From contig CAYQLT010000003.1 in assembly GCA_964418425.1 (NCBI GenBank), forward strand, positions 4,513 through 68,512: a stretch of DNA of 64,000 nt, read 5' to 3'. The position numbers and the translations under genes were made by a program. The notes beneath the pieces were generated by a model, which worked only from the letters and a program-made list of their open reading frames with translations, searched no databases and was not told the DNA's origin. The first letter of the stretch is position 1. Every line of letters begins with the position of its first letter. Of this stretch, positions 18,063 to 26,459 are shown in pieces. This DNA comes from an uncultured Clostridia bacterium (GTDB lineage: Bacteria > Bacillota > Limnochordia > Limnochordales > Geochordaceae).

Positions 18063-19540
18063 CCGCCATCGCCCACTGGCTCTCCTATCAGGCGGCCACC
18101 CACGGTCACAGGCTCGCCCTGCAGGCGGGACAGGAGCGGTGGAGCTACGCCGAGCTGCATGCCTCGGCGGCCATCCTGGCACGGCGCCTGGCCTCTTGCG
18201 GGCTGCGCCCGGGAGACCGCCTGGCGTTGCTGTTGCCCAACGGGCCCGACTTCGTGCAGCTGGCGCACGCAGCCAGCCTTCTGGGAGCGGTGCTTGTCCC
18301 CCTCAACATCCGGCTGGCCATCCCCGAGCTCGCCTGGCAGCTGCAACACGCCGGGGCCCGGGCGGTGGTGGCCTGTGACGCCACGGCCGACCTTGCCCTG
18401 GCGGCGGCGCGCGGCCTGCAGGGGGTAGAGGTGTGGGAGGCGGCCGAGCTGCACCGGCGGCAGCCGGCGGAGACCGCCCTGCGGGAGTCCCTCGACCTGG
18501 AGGCGGTCTATACCGTCCTCTACACGTCGGGCACCACAGGCCGGCCCAAGGGGGCCATGCTCACCTACGGCAACCACTGGTGGAACGCGGTGGGTTCAGC
18601 GCTGCACCTCGACCTTCGGCCCGACGACCGCTGGCTTGCGTGCATGCCGCTGTTCCACGTGGGGGGCCTCGCCATTTTGGTGCGTGCGGCCGTCTGCGGG
18701 TTTCCCGTGGTGGTGCACGAGCGCTTCGACCCCGAGGCGGCCAACCGCGCCATCGACGAGGAGGGGATCACCCTCGTCTCGGTGGTGGCGACCATGCTCG
18801 CCCGCATGCTGGATGCCCGGGGGTCCCGGCCTTACCCGCCCTCCCTTCGGGCGGTGGTGGTGGGGGGCGGGCCGGTTCCGGCCGAGCTGTTGGAGCGATG
18901 CGCCCGCATCGGCCTGCCCGCTCTGCCCACGTACGGCCTGACAGAAGCCAGTTCTCAGGTGACCACGCTGCCCCCCGCCGAGGCGGGCACCCGGCGGGGC
19001 TGCTCCGGCAAACCCCTGCCAGTGGTCCGGGTCCGCATCGAGGCCGACGGCGAGGCGGCCCCGCCCGGGACGCCGGGCGAGATCCTGGTGCGAGGCCCCA
19101 CGGTGACCCCTGGGTACCTCCGGGACCCGCAGGCCACCCGCCGGGCGCTGGCGGGGGGATGGCTGCACACCGGCGACATCGGATATGTCGAACCGGACGG
19201 GTACCTTTACGTGCTCGACCGGCGAGACGACCTCATCGTGTCAGGCGGCGAAAACGTCTACCCGGCGGAGGTGGAGGCCGTCCTGACGGCTCACCCGGCC
19301 GTCGAAGAAGCGGCCGTGACCGGCCGCTCCGATGCCGAGTGGGGACAGGTGCCGGTCGCGGCGGTGCGGCTGCGCGCCGGCTACCACGCCACCGAGGCGG
19401 AACTGCTGGAGTTCTGCCGGGCCCGCCTGGCCGGCTTCAAGGTTCCCCGCCAGATACGCTTCGTGGATGCCCTGCCCCGCAACGCCGCCGGCAAGCTGCT
19501 GCGCCGGTCCCTGCGGGAAGCTCTGTCCTTACCAAAATGA
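18059..19540 (+). CDS. menE: o-succinylbenzoate-CoA ligase
   Basis: The GTG start overlaps the menA stop (GTGA). Adenylate-forming motifs are YTSGTTGRPKGA, TYGLTE, GDIGY, SGGENVYPAEVE and PRNAAGKLLR. The upstream part of track ORF 17516..19540 is the menA shadow frame. Confidence 0.9.
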   Translation: MTAIAHWLSYQAATHGHRLALQAGQERWSYAELHASAAILARRLASCGLRPGDRLALLLPNGPDFVQLAHAASLLGAVLVPLNIRLAIPELAWQLQHAGARAVVACDATADLALAAARGLQGVEVWEAAELHRRQPAETALRESLDLEAVYTVLYTSGTTGRPKGAMLTYGNHWWNAVGSALHLDLRPDDRWLACMPLFHVGGLAILVRAAVCGFPVVVHERFDPEAANRAIDEEGITLVSVVATMLARMLDARGSRPYPPSLRAVVVGGGPVPAELLERCARIGLPALPTYGLTEASSQVTTLPPAEAGTRRGCSGKPLPVVRVRIEADGEAAPPGTPGEILVRGPTVTPGYLRDPQATRRALAGGWLHTGDIGYVEPDGYLYVLDRRDDLIVSGGENVYPAEVEAVLTAHPAVEEAAVTGRSDAEWGQVPVAAVRLRAGYHATEAELLEFCRARLAGFKVPRQIRFVDALPRNAAGKLLRRSLREALSLPK

Positions 19541-19635
19541 CATAACCTGGGAATCTCCCAGAAAAAGGGTTTCTCGTCCGGGCGGCCGAACCCCTCCCTC
19601 GTCGAGCTGGACAGGCCTTGTAGGAGGTGTAGCCC

Positions 19636-20484
19636 GTGTTTTCGCACCCTTCGATCCGGCGCATTTGCGGACGGCCGCCCGTAGGCCGGCATGGCCTTAT
19701 CTCCGCCGGAACCGCGCTGGCCCTGCTCGTGGCCCTGGGCTGTGCCGGTCTTGCCGCACCGGCGCAGGCTGCGGCTCGCTCCAACAGTCTGGTGATGACG
19801 GTCAGTTCAACGAGTCGCTCCAGCAGCCCGTCCACGGGGGACCAGGAGCTCCCAGGGCCCGGCAACGCCGGCGGCAGCTTGGACTCCTCCGGCAGCGCCC
19901 CTGCTGCTTCCACGTCTACCAGCGTGGCGAGCCGGGGCTCGGTGGTCGTTCGACCCAGCCGCTCCCCTTCGCGCTCCTCGGGGCTGATCGTGTACCGCTC
20001 TTCCGGCCGCATCGTCGTACGGACACCGCCGCGGCCCGAGCCGGGCTCGCCCGGCCCCTCTAACCCTTCCTCGGACACTACGCAGCAGGAACTCCTAATG
20101 CTCCAGCTTATCAACGAGGCCCGCTCCCGAGCCGGCGTACCTCCCGTGCAGCCGAACCCCAAGCTGATGGAAATCGCCCACCTCAAGGGGCAGGACATCC
20201 TGGAAAACGGGTACTGGGGCCACGTTTCGCCCACCTACGGATCACCGTCGGACATGGCCAGGGCGGCGGGGCTTACCTTCTGGTGGATTGGCGAGAACCT
20301 GGCCAAGGCCGGAAGCGTTCAACAGGCGTTCGAAGCCCTCATGGGCAGCTCCAACCACCGTGCCAACATCCTGTACCCGTATCACACCCAGGTCGGAATC
20401 GCCGTCCTGGAATACGAGCGCTGGGACCAGCAGCGGGTTCTGGTGGTACAGGAGTTTCTCACTCCGGCGCCTCCCGCCCGCTGA
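19636..20484 (+). CDS. secreted CAP/SCP-domain (YkwD-like) protein with a Ser/Pro-rich linker
   Basis: GTG start with AGGAGG upstream, then a signal peptide and a low-complexity Ser-rich region. The C-terminal domain reads LINEARSRAGVPPVQPNPKL...GYWGHVSPTYGSP...ENLA...MGSSNHRANIL. Confidence 0.75.
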   Translation: MFSHPSIRRICGRPPVGRHGLISAGTALALLVALGCAGLAAPAQAAARSNSLVMTVSSTSRSSSPSTGDQELPGPGNAGGSLDSSGSAPAASTSTSVASRGSVVVRPSRSPSRSSGLIVYRSSGRIVVRTPPRPEPGSPGPSNPSSDTTQQELLMLQLINEARSRAGVPPVQPNPKLMEIAHLKGQDILENGYWGHVSPTYGSPSDMARAAGLTFWWIGENLAKAGSVQQAFEALMGSSNHRANILYPYHTQVGIAVLEYERWDQQRVLVVQEFLTPAPPAR

Positions 20485-20536
20485 TGCCGGGAGACGCCAT
20501 GCGCTCACGCATGCCCCCGCAGGCCGTGCGGGCGCG

Positions 20537-20561
20537 GCGGGCGGGATCGCCCCCCGCCCGC
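20537..20561. terminator. GC-rich hairpin (GCGGGCGGG-7 nt-CCCGCCCGC) between convergent genes; possible bidirectional terminator
   Basis: A 9-bp perfect stem, located between the CAP gene stop (20484) and the stop of the secreted paralogue P1 (20609). There is no clear U-tract. Confidence 0.3.
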
Positions 20562-20608
20562 AGCCCCTGTCTTGCGCCGCCCGGCCCGAGCATCCGCCGC
20601 GGGGCTGT

Positions 20609-21514
20609 TCACGGCGGGGGGACCACCTCCTCGGTCTCGAAGACCACCCGGGCGTCGGTCACCCGCACCCGCTCCCCGGGCTGGGCCCCCGGAACGGAGA
20701 TGAACCCGGCGAAGTCGATGCTCACGGGGATCTCCCGCGGCGTCGGCTCCCCGCTCACTTGAAACGAGACCACCTTTTCCACGACGCCCTCAAAGAGTAC
20801 TCCATCGGTCACCGCGTCCGCCTCGGTGATCTCCACCGTCTTGGTCAGGCCGACCACGATGCCCGGCCCCGGAAGGGGCGTGGTGATGGGGCCGAGGAAA
20901 AACCTGCCCCTCCCTGTGCCGGTGATCGCATCATGCAACCGCAGCCGCGCGAGCCCGCCATTCGGCTGCTCCGGGCCACCCTGCACGGTGTATGTCTCCA
21001 CGGCCACGTCCACCACCAGCTTTTCTCTCAACACGAACGGCTGCGGTCCCAGCGGTACGGTCAGGATGACCTTGCACTTGGCCCGAAGGCCCGTTGAATC
21101 GGTGGCGACGAGCACCACCCGAAACTCGCCGATCTGGGCATCCTGTTGGGTGGGTGTCCAGACGAAATCCGTCTGCACGGGGTTTGCCGGCGGCGGCACG
21201 GGATCGAAGAAAGGCCCTGGCGGAGCAGGCGCCGGCTCCATGGTGAAGCTGAGGGTGACCGTCTGGGCGGGGTCGGGATCCGACGCCCGCACCGCAAACC
21301 TCAGCGTCTGACCGACCTCCACCGCGAACTCCTGGCCGCAGGGCGTGGGAGGCACCACGAACTCCGGCGAGCCTGCGGGCACGATGACGGGGTTACGGAT
21401 GACGATGGGCTCCCCGCCGGCGGCGCCCCGCGGCAAGGGCGCGGCCATCCCGAGAGCCGCCGCCAGAATGCCGCAGACAAGCCCCGCGCGGCCGGGCCCC
21501 TTGCCGCATCTCAT
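20609..21514 (-). CDS. secreted protein P1: Ig-like (cadherin/He_PIG-like) N-domain plus DUF3794/SPOCS-like C-module
   Basis: The ATG overlaps the stop of P2 (ATGA). Signal peptide GLVCGILAAALGMAAP, then NPVQTDFVWTPTQQDAQIGEFRVVLVATD. Shared family motifs are TGTGRGRFFLGP and IDFAGFISVPGAQPGERVRV. The upstream 158 codons of track ORF 20609..21988 are not coding. Confidence 0.6.
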   Translation of the reverse strand: MRCGKGPGRAGLVCGILAAALGMAAPLPRGAAGGEPIVIRNPVIVPAGSPEFVVPPTPCGQEFAVEVGQTLRFAVRASDPDPAQTVTLSFTMEPAPAPPGPFFDPVPPPANPVQTDFVWTPTQQDAQIGEFRVVLVATDSTGLRAKCKVILTVPLGPQPFVLREKLVVDVAVETYTVQGGPEQPNGGLARLRLHDAITGTGRGRFFLGPITTPLPGPGIVVGLTKTVEITEADAVTDGVLFEGVVEKVVSFQVSGEPTPREIPVSIDFAGFISVPGAQPGERVRVTDARVVFETEEVVPPP

Positions 21515-22374
21515 GGGTCGATGACCTCCTCGCTCTCCGCCACCACACGAGGGCCGTCGACCACCTGCACCCTCGCCCCCGCCGTGGCCGTGGCCACGGG
21601 TATGAAGCCGGCGAACTCCAGCGCCTGCACCAGCGTCTGCGATGCCGAATCGACCTCCACCTCCACCGTCTTTTCCAGAACGGCGCTGAACACCACCCCG
21701 CCGCTTACCGCCTCCAGGTTGACCACCGTGACCTGCTTCTCCACGGAGACGATGCGAAGTGCCCCGTCGGGCAGCCCGATGTCCAGCGGCCCGACCAAGA
21801 ACCTGCCGGTACCGGTCCCGGCGGCAGCCAGGACGGGGTAGACGCGGCTTGCCCCCGTGCGCGCATCGAGCACCACCACCTCGCCCGGCTGGCCCACCTC
21901 CACACTCATTTCCACGACGACCTTCTCCCGCAGCGTCCCGTTTTGCGCGGCAACGTCGCCGGCGCTCACCTTGAAGAACACCCGGCACAGGGCCAGCCCG
22001 ACAAGCTCAGCGTCCCGCGTGCTGGAAGCCCGGAAGACCACCCGGTGGTCGCCCGTCTGGCCCGGGGCCGGCGTCCACGAGAACTGCGCCTGCACCGGAT
22101 TTCCCGGAATCGGCTCCTCGAACAACGCACCTGCAGGCAGCCCCGGCGGCGTCACAGGTGCAAGGGCGACCACCGAGCCGGGCGCGTCGTCCAGAGCCCG
22201 CACGGTGAACTGCACGGGGGAGGCGAGCTGAAGCCGAAATATGAAGCCGCAGGGGCTGGGTGGAACCTCAAAGCGTGGGGCTGTTCGCCCCGCGCCGGCC
22301 GACAGGGCCACCGCGGCCAGGACGACCGCACAGGCCCGGGCTGCCACGGGCGCCGCTGTGCCAGGCACGCGCAC
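21511..22374 (-). CDS. secreted protein P2, a paralogue of P1
   Basis: GTG start with GGGGGG upstream and a signal peptide (ACAVVLAAVALSAGAG). NPVQAQFSWTPAPGQTGDHRVVFRAS, TGTGRFLVGP and LEFAGFIPVATATAGARVQV are collinear with P1. Confidence 0.6.
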   Translation of the reverse strand: MRVPGTAAPVAARACAVVLAAVALSAGAGRTAPRFEVPPSPCGFIFRLQLASPVQFTVRALDDAPGSVVALAPVTPPGLPAGALFEEPIPGNPVQAQFSWTPAPGQTGDHRVVFRASSTRDAELVGLALCRVFFKVSAGDVAAQNGTLREKVVVEMSVEVGQPGEVVVLDARTGASRVYPVLAAAGTGTGRFLVGPLDIGLPDGALRIVSVEKQVTVVNLEAVSGGVVFSAVLEKTVEVEVDSASQTLVQALEFAGFIPVATATAGARVQVVDGPRVVAESEEVIDP

Positions 22375-22426
22375 GGTGGTCCCCCCTGTTCGTCTCCCAT
22401 CCCTCTGTTCTCCTGACGCCGGAGAT

Positions 22427-24085
22427 TCATGGCCCGGACGGACGGCCCACCAGGCGGCTTGTCGCTACCTGGTTCGCCGCCACCACGCCCCACCAGCGCC
22501 GAGCTGCCACCGCCAGCTCCACGGCCAACTCGCCCGAGGCGAGGAGATCCGTGCGGCGAGTCACCAGGCGTAGCGTCCCGGAAGCCAGCCCCACGTGGAG
22601 CTCCTCAAGCTCTTCCACGGGCCGAGCCAGCCGTAACGTCTCCCCCTGGACTGTGAGCGCCCCTGCGGGGATAGTGACCTGGATGGGCCCGAGCCGCACC
22701 TCCCATGGGACACGAGCCAGCTCCTGGGGGATCGCCTCCCCCAAATGGCCTTCCAGGAGCAAGGCCCGAGGTTGTGCTTGACGGTTTATCAGAAGCCATG
22801 CCGAGCGCCATTGGATGGGGAGAGGGCCTGCCTGCTGGGTGCGGTCTTTGTCGTCCGCCCTGGCGGCGCCGGCTTGCGCCCCGATTTCCCGGGCGGGCGG
22901 CTCGGGCCCGTTCGCCCCGCCGCCGGTGGGCCGGACGGACTTTCGGGCCGGAAGTTCCCCTTCGGCCTGGACCATCCGCCCATCGCGCCCCGAGAAGATG
23001 GCGAGGCGCAACAGGCCGGGCCCAGGCCCCGGCGCCAGGAAGGCAGCCACCAGGTCGCCGACCCCGTCCCCGTCCCGGTCGCCGCCAAAGGCAAGGGTGC
23101 TGCCCAGCCGAGCTCCCGGGTGCCCCCCCTCGACACTCCACAGCACCGAACCGTCCGCTCCCGAAAAAGCCACCACCCTACCCACGCCGTCCCGAGCTTC
23201 GGGGTCGGCTGCCGCAAAGTCGTCAACGCCGTCCCCGTCCACATCCCCCAGGCTGGCCACCGCCTGCCCGAGAGCCCCAGGACGGGCCGACGCGAACTCG
23301 GCCAGCCGCCTACCCTCGGGCAGCGACACCAGCACCATCCGGTTGCGCCCTGGCGTCCCGACCAAGGCAGCCATCTCACCGGCCGGCCCCCGGGCCGCAG
23401 CCACCGCAAAACCGAACTTCTCTCCTTCTCGGCCTTGCAGGTGGTAGACCTGAAACACCGGCTCGCCCGCCCGTCCCGCCGAACCTACCGGCGCCCCGGT
23501 AGCAGGCCTGGCGACGACCGCCAGTACCATCCCGTCCCCCCCGTTGGCTCCCGGCACGCCCACCAGAAAGCCGGCTATCCGCCCCGAACCCATCCCCTTG
23601 GTCTCCCCCGTCCCCTCGGTGAGGGGCGCCAGGGAGAGCGCTGGCTGGCAGGCCGAACAGCCCGGCGACAGGGAGACGGCCCCTATGAAACCGTATCCAA
23701 GGGAGGATCCGAAGACGAACACCCGGTTCACGCCCGGCGCGGCCACGGCGATGTCCGGGGTCCCGTCGCCGTCCAGATCGCCGGCTCCCGTCACAGCCGC
23801 CCCAAACCGGCTTGCCGTCCAGCCCCGGGCCCGCAGGGTAAACAGCTCCGAACCGTCCTCTCCCGATGTCACGTGCACCGTCTCCTCGTCGGGGACCCCT
23901 ACGATCTCCTCCGGCTTCCCATCTCCGTCCAGGTCGCCGAAAGGCTCCTTTACCACTTCGCCCTGCAACCCCGGGGCAGCTGCTACCTGCACCAGCAGCG
24001 CTCCGGCCGTGGCGACCACGATGGTCGCTACCACCGTCATGGCCCCGATCCCGGCGCCCCGGCAGGCTCGGCTCATCGTTCGCAC
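22427..24085 (-). CDS. secreted FG-GAP/VCBS (integrin-alpha-like) repeat protein
   Basis: N-terminal TM/signal segment and at least five repeats of the FG-GAP calcium-binding type (GDLDGDGKPEE, GDLDGDGTPDIAVAAPG, GDVDGDGVDDFAAADP, GGDRDGDGVGDLVAA). The C-terminal roughly 150 aa is of unknown type. The start is GTG 24085 or ATG 24076. Confidence 0.75.
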   Translation of the reverse strand: MRTMSRACRGAGIGAMTVVATIVVATAGALLVQVAAAPGLQGEVVKEPFGDLDGDGKPEEIVGVPDEETVHVTSGEDGSELFTLRARGWTASRFGAAVTGAGDLDGDGTPDIAVAAPGVNRVFVFGSSLGYGFIGAVSLSPGCSACQPALSLAPLTEGTGETKGMGSGRIAGFLVGVPGANGGDGMVLAVVARPATGAPVGSAGRAGEPVFQVYHLQGREGEKFGFAVAAARGPAGEMAALVGTPGRNRMVLVSLPEGRRLAEFASARPGALGQAVASLGDVDGDGVDDFAAADPEARDGVGRVVAFSGADGSVLWSVEGGHPGARLGSTLAFGGDRDGDGVGDLVAAFLAPGPGPGLLRLAIFSGRDGRMVQAEGELPARKSVRPTGGGANGPEPPAREIGAQAGAARADDKDRTQQAGPLPIQWRSAWLLINRQAQPRALLLEGHLGEAIPQELARVPWEVRLGPIQVTIPAGALTVQGETLRLARPVEELEELHVGLASGTLRLVTRRTDLLASGELAVELAVAARRWWGVVAANQVATSRLVGRPSGP

Positions 24086-24157
24086 CCCCGCCCATCTAAC
24101 AAGGTGCCCGGGGACGTACCCCGGGCGCCTCAGCTAACCGACACGTTTCGGCCCGCT

Positions 24158-24766
24158 TCATGGGTCGGAGACGAACTGGACCTGCTCCGTGCGGGTGGTT
24201 TTGAAGCTGACCAGGATGTCGTCCTTCTCCTCAAGGGTTGAGCACTGGGCGTCTTGTAGGGTCACGTTGGTGCCCACGAAGTCGACGCAGTCCAGTGCCG
24301 TGATCTTCTGGTTGACCGTGAACCCCTCCAGCTGCACGTTGTCCCCCGGAAGTGCCCCTGGAACATCTGCGGAGCCGGCGAAATCGATGAAAAGGGTCAC
24401 GTGAACCACGTCTCCGCTGGTCTCGATGCGCTGGGGTGGCCCGGACTGCAGGGTCGCGCTCTCGATGGTCTTATATTTGACGTTCTTGCTGAGCGTGCAG
24501 TTGAAGATCACAACGCCATCGCCGGCCTGCAGGTTTTCGCAGCTTACGTCCTTGCTAACCTCATTGATGAACGGATTACCCGTGAACGGATCTCGAAACA
24601 ACGGAACGGCCAGGGTGGTGCGAATGGGACCGATGAACACCCTTCCTGAACCGGTCCCGGTGACGACCTCCGCCTTGATGGTGGTCTTCTGCTGGGCATA
24701 CGCGCCGACGGCCGCCATGAGAAGAACGAGTGCCAGCGCCACACCCGCCATGGGCCTCGCCTTCAT
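24158..24766 (-). CDS. secreted protein P3: stand-alone DUF3794/SPOCS-like module, paralogous to the C-parts of P1/P2
   Basis: GGGAGGGG sits upstream of the ATG, with signal peptide VALALVLLMAAVGAYA. Motifs are TGTGSGRVFIGP and FIDFAGSADVPGALPGDNVQL. Its GC content (about 60%) is visibly lower than that of its neighbours. Confidence 0.6.
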   Translation of the reverse strand: MKARPMAGVALALVLLMAAVGAYAQQKTTIKAEVVTGTGSGRVFIGPIRTTLAVPLFRDPFTGNPFINEVSKDVSCENLQAGDGVVIFNCTLSKNVKYKTIESATLQSGPPQRIETSGDVVHVTLFIDFAGSADVPGALPGDNVQLEGFTVNQKITALDCVDFVGTNVTLQDAQCSTLEEKDDILVSFKTTRTEQVQFVSDP

Positions 24767-24938
24767 GCCGAACCCCTCCCACCGCCGCCTGGAATCAACG
24801 CTCCCCGCCTCATCGACCGATGCAGACCCCCGTTCCTGAGTGGAAGGCCCGTGTGGCCTTCTGGTTGAAAACAGGCTATGAGAGGGGTCTCAGGCTGGTA
24901 ACCCTGGCAAACTGGGTCCACAGGGCCATTTGAAGGAC

Positions 24939-25709
24939 TCAGGGTTCAACCCACACAGGAAAGCTTTGCCTGCGCAGGGCGCGCACTACCACGCGGGCAA
25001 CAGCATACCCGCCCAGGCGCCGGCAGGCGATTTCCCGGTCCGTCTCCACGCAGTCACCCGGCGACAGGCCGATGCGCGGATGCACGGGTGAAAACTCCGC
25101 CCGGTCTCCCGGCAGGGCGCCGGACACGTCGGCCGCTGCGGAAATGGGGATCCACGCTGTCACGTGGGAAATCCGGCCAGCCGACGACGCGTACTCAGCC
25201 GAAATGCGAAGCCGGCAGTCGAGGAACAGACGCCCCGGGGCCACCACCTCGCCCTTACATGCGGAGGCGAAATCCACGCCGCTGGGGTCCCACCGCCGCC
25301 GGTCCGGCACGGGCCGCACGGGGCGGTCGGGCGGCAACGACAGCTCCAGCCTGCCCGCGAGGATCTGGGCCGATCCCTCGCCCGTCAGCCGGTCGCCCTC
25401 AAGCCACAGCCGGCGCGCCCCGGGCGGGAAGAGCCGGACCGGACGGGAACCAGCCGCCGCCTCGTTCCCGTCCGGTGAGAGCGAGGTGTCCCCGGCGTTT
25501 GGTACGAGGGAGGTCTCCCTGGCGTCTGGCGCGAGGGAGGTCTCACTGGCGTTCGGGGCGCGGGAGACCTCCCTGGCATTCGGCCCGCGGGCAAGCTCCC
25601 CCGCGCCCGGCGCCAGCGCCACCATCAGCGCCAGGGTGCAGGCGCAGGTAAGTCCGATCACTCGGCCGGCCAGGGGACGCCGGGCTATCTTGCAGGGAGA
25701 GGCGCTCAC
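24939..25709 (-). CDS. secreted protein P4: nonapeptide-repeat linker plus a divergent copy of the P-family C-module
   Basis: GTG start 51 nt after the gvpO stop, with an N-terminal hydrophobic segment. Tandem repeats read PNAREVSR/APNASETSL/APDARETSL/VPNAGDTSL. The C-terminal IPISAAADVSGALPGDRAEF aligns with the FAGF..VPGA.PG motif. Confidence 0.5.
   Translation of the reverse strand: MSASPCKIARRPLAGRVIGLTCACTLALMVALAPGAGELARGPNAREVSRAPNASETSLAPDARETSLVPNAGDTSLSPDGNEAAAGSRPVRLFPPGARRLWLEGDRLTGEGSAQILAGRLELSLPPDRPVRPVPDRRRWDPSGVDFASACKGEVVAPGRLFLDCRLRISAEYASSAGRISHVTAWIPISAAADVSGALPGDRAEFSPVHPRIGLSPGDCVETDREIACRRLGGYAVARVVVRALRRQSFPVWVEP
25477..25584. repeat. 4 x 27-bp in-frame tandem repeat (a fifth degenerate unit runs to about 25611) inside P4
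   Basis: Units at 25477-25503, 25504-25530, 25531-25557 and 25558-25584 share the pattern (a/g)cgagggaggtctc(c/a)ctggcgt(c/t)(t/c)gg(c/g). Confidence 0.8.
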
Positions 25710-25760
25710 GCCCCAGGCTATGCGCTCGTGCTCGCGGCGGCCTCCTGACGGCCGCCTGCC

Positions 25761-26060
25761 TCACCCGCCGCCCTGGACGTCTGTCTCGATTTGCGCACCC
25801 GGGATGGCTGCCTCCACGTCCCCCCGGTGCCTCAGTACCTGGCGCTCGAACTGCAGCACGTGCCCGTCGACGCTGGTGAGCACCTCGTAAAGGCCAATGA
25901 GGTCCATGGTGTCGGGGACGCCCCGGCGCTCCAGAAGCTCGATGCGAAGGCTCCATCCGTCCGCCCGTCGGGCGACGGCCACCACGCTGGAAAGCTCGAA
26001 CCCCGTCAGCGACTTCAGTTCCTGCACCGCCCGCTCCAAGATAGGCCCGAGCTCGGACAT
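25761..26060 (-). CDS. gvpO: gas vesicle protein GvpO
   Basis: 99 aa. LKSLTGFELSSVVAVARRADGWSLRIELLERRGVPDTMDLIGLYEVLTSVDGHVLQFERQVLRHRG follows the GvpO pattern (LtG..e.vs....dGW.v.vEvlE...iPdT.dl...YeV.ld..G.l..y.R). Confidence 0.85.
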   Translation of the reverse strand: MSELGPILERAVQELKSLTGFELSSVVAVARRADGWSLRIELLERRGVPDTMDLIGLYEVLTSVDGHVLQFERQVLRHRGDVEAAIPGAQIETDVQGGG

Positions 26061-26112
26061 GGCCCGCCCTCCTCTCGCAACCCTAGATGCTGCGCGGCGC
26101 GGTGAGCCACCC

Positions 26113-26457
26113 TCAGCCGCCGCCCCTCGACGGTGCCCGTTGTTCCAACGAGCACCGGAGGCTCTGCAGGGATCGGGAGTGATCGTCGGCGGTCGGTGGC
26201 ACGGCCGCCGTCGGCGCGTCGAGGGGGCTCCCCCGATCCGGCTCGGAACGGCGATCGGGCCCCTGGGCGTTCAGCCAGTCCGTCATGACGCCGTATCGCA
26301 GCATGGTCTCCACACTGGCCAACAACAGCCGGAGGTTGAGCGCGATGAGGGGCACCCCGGACAAGGTGATGAGCACGTCGGCATGCAACACCAGCCCCCG
26401 TTCCAGGGCCCGCTCCAGGAGGTCGGCCAGCTCACCCCGCACAGGCCGGACTGCCAT
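26113..26457 (-). CDS. GvpA/J/M-family small gas vesicle protein (GvpM/S-like)
   Basis: 114 aa from ATG 26457, just after the gvpL stop. The core LADLLERALERGLVLHADVLITLSGVPLIALNLRLLLASVETMLRYG is the GvpA-fold motif, followed by a Pro-rich tail. Confidence 0.75.
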   Translation of the reverse strand: MAVRPVRGELADLLERALERGLVLHADVLITLSGVPLIALNLRLLLASVETMLRYGVMTDWLNAQGPDRRSEPDRGSPLDAPTAAVPPTADDHSRSLQSLRCSLEQRAPSRGGG

Positions 26458-26459
26458 GC

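Noticed and set aside
19541-19635. Hairpin CTGGGA-ATC-TCCCAG after menE as an intrinsic terminator
   Set aside because: The stem is only 6 bp and is followed by an A-run rather than a T-run on the plus strand. It is too weak to call.
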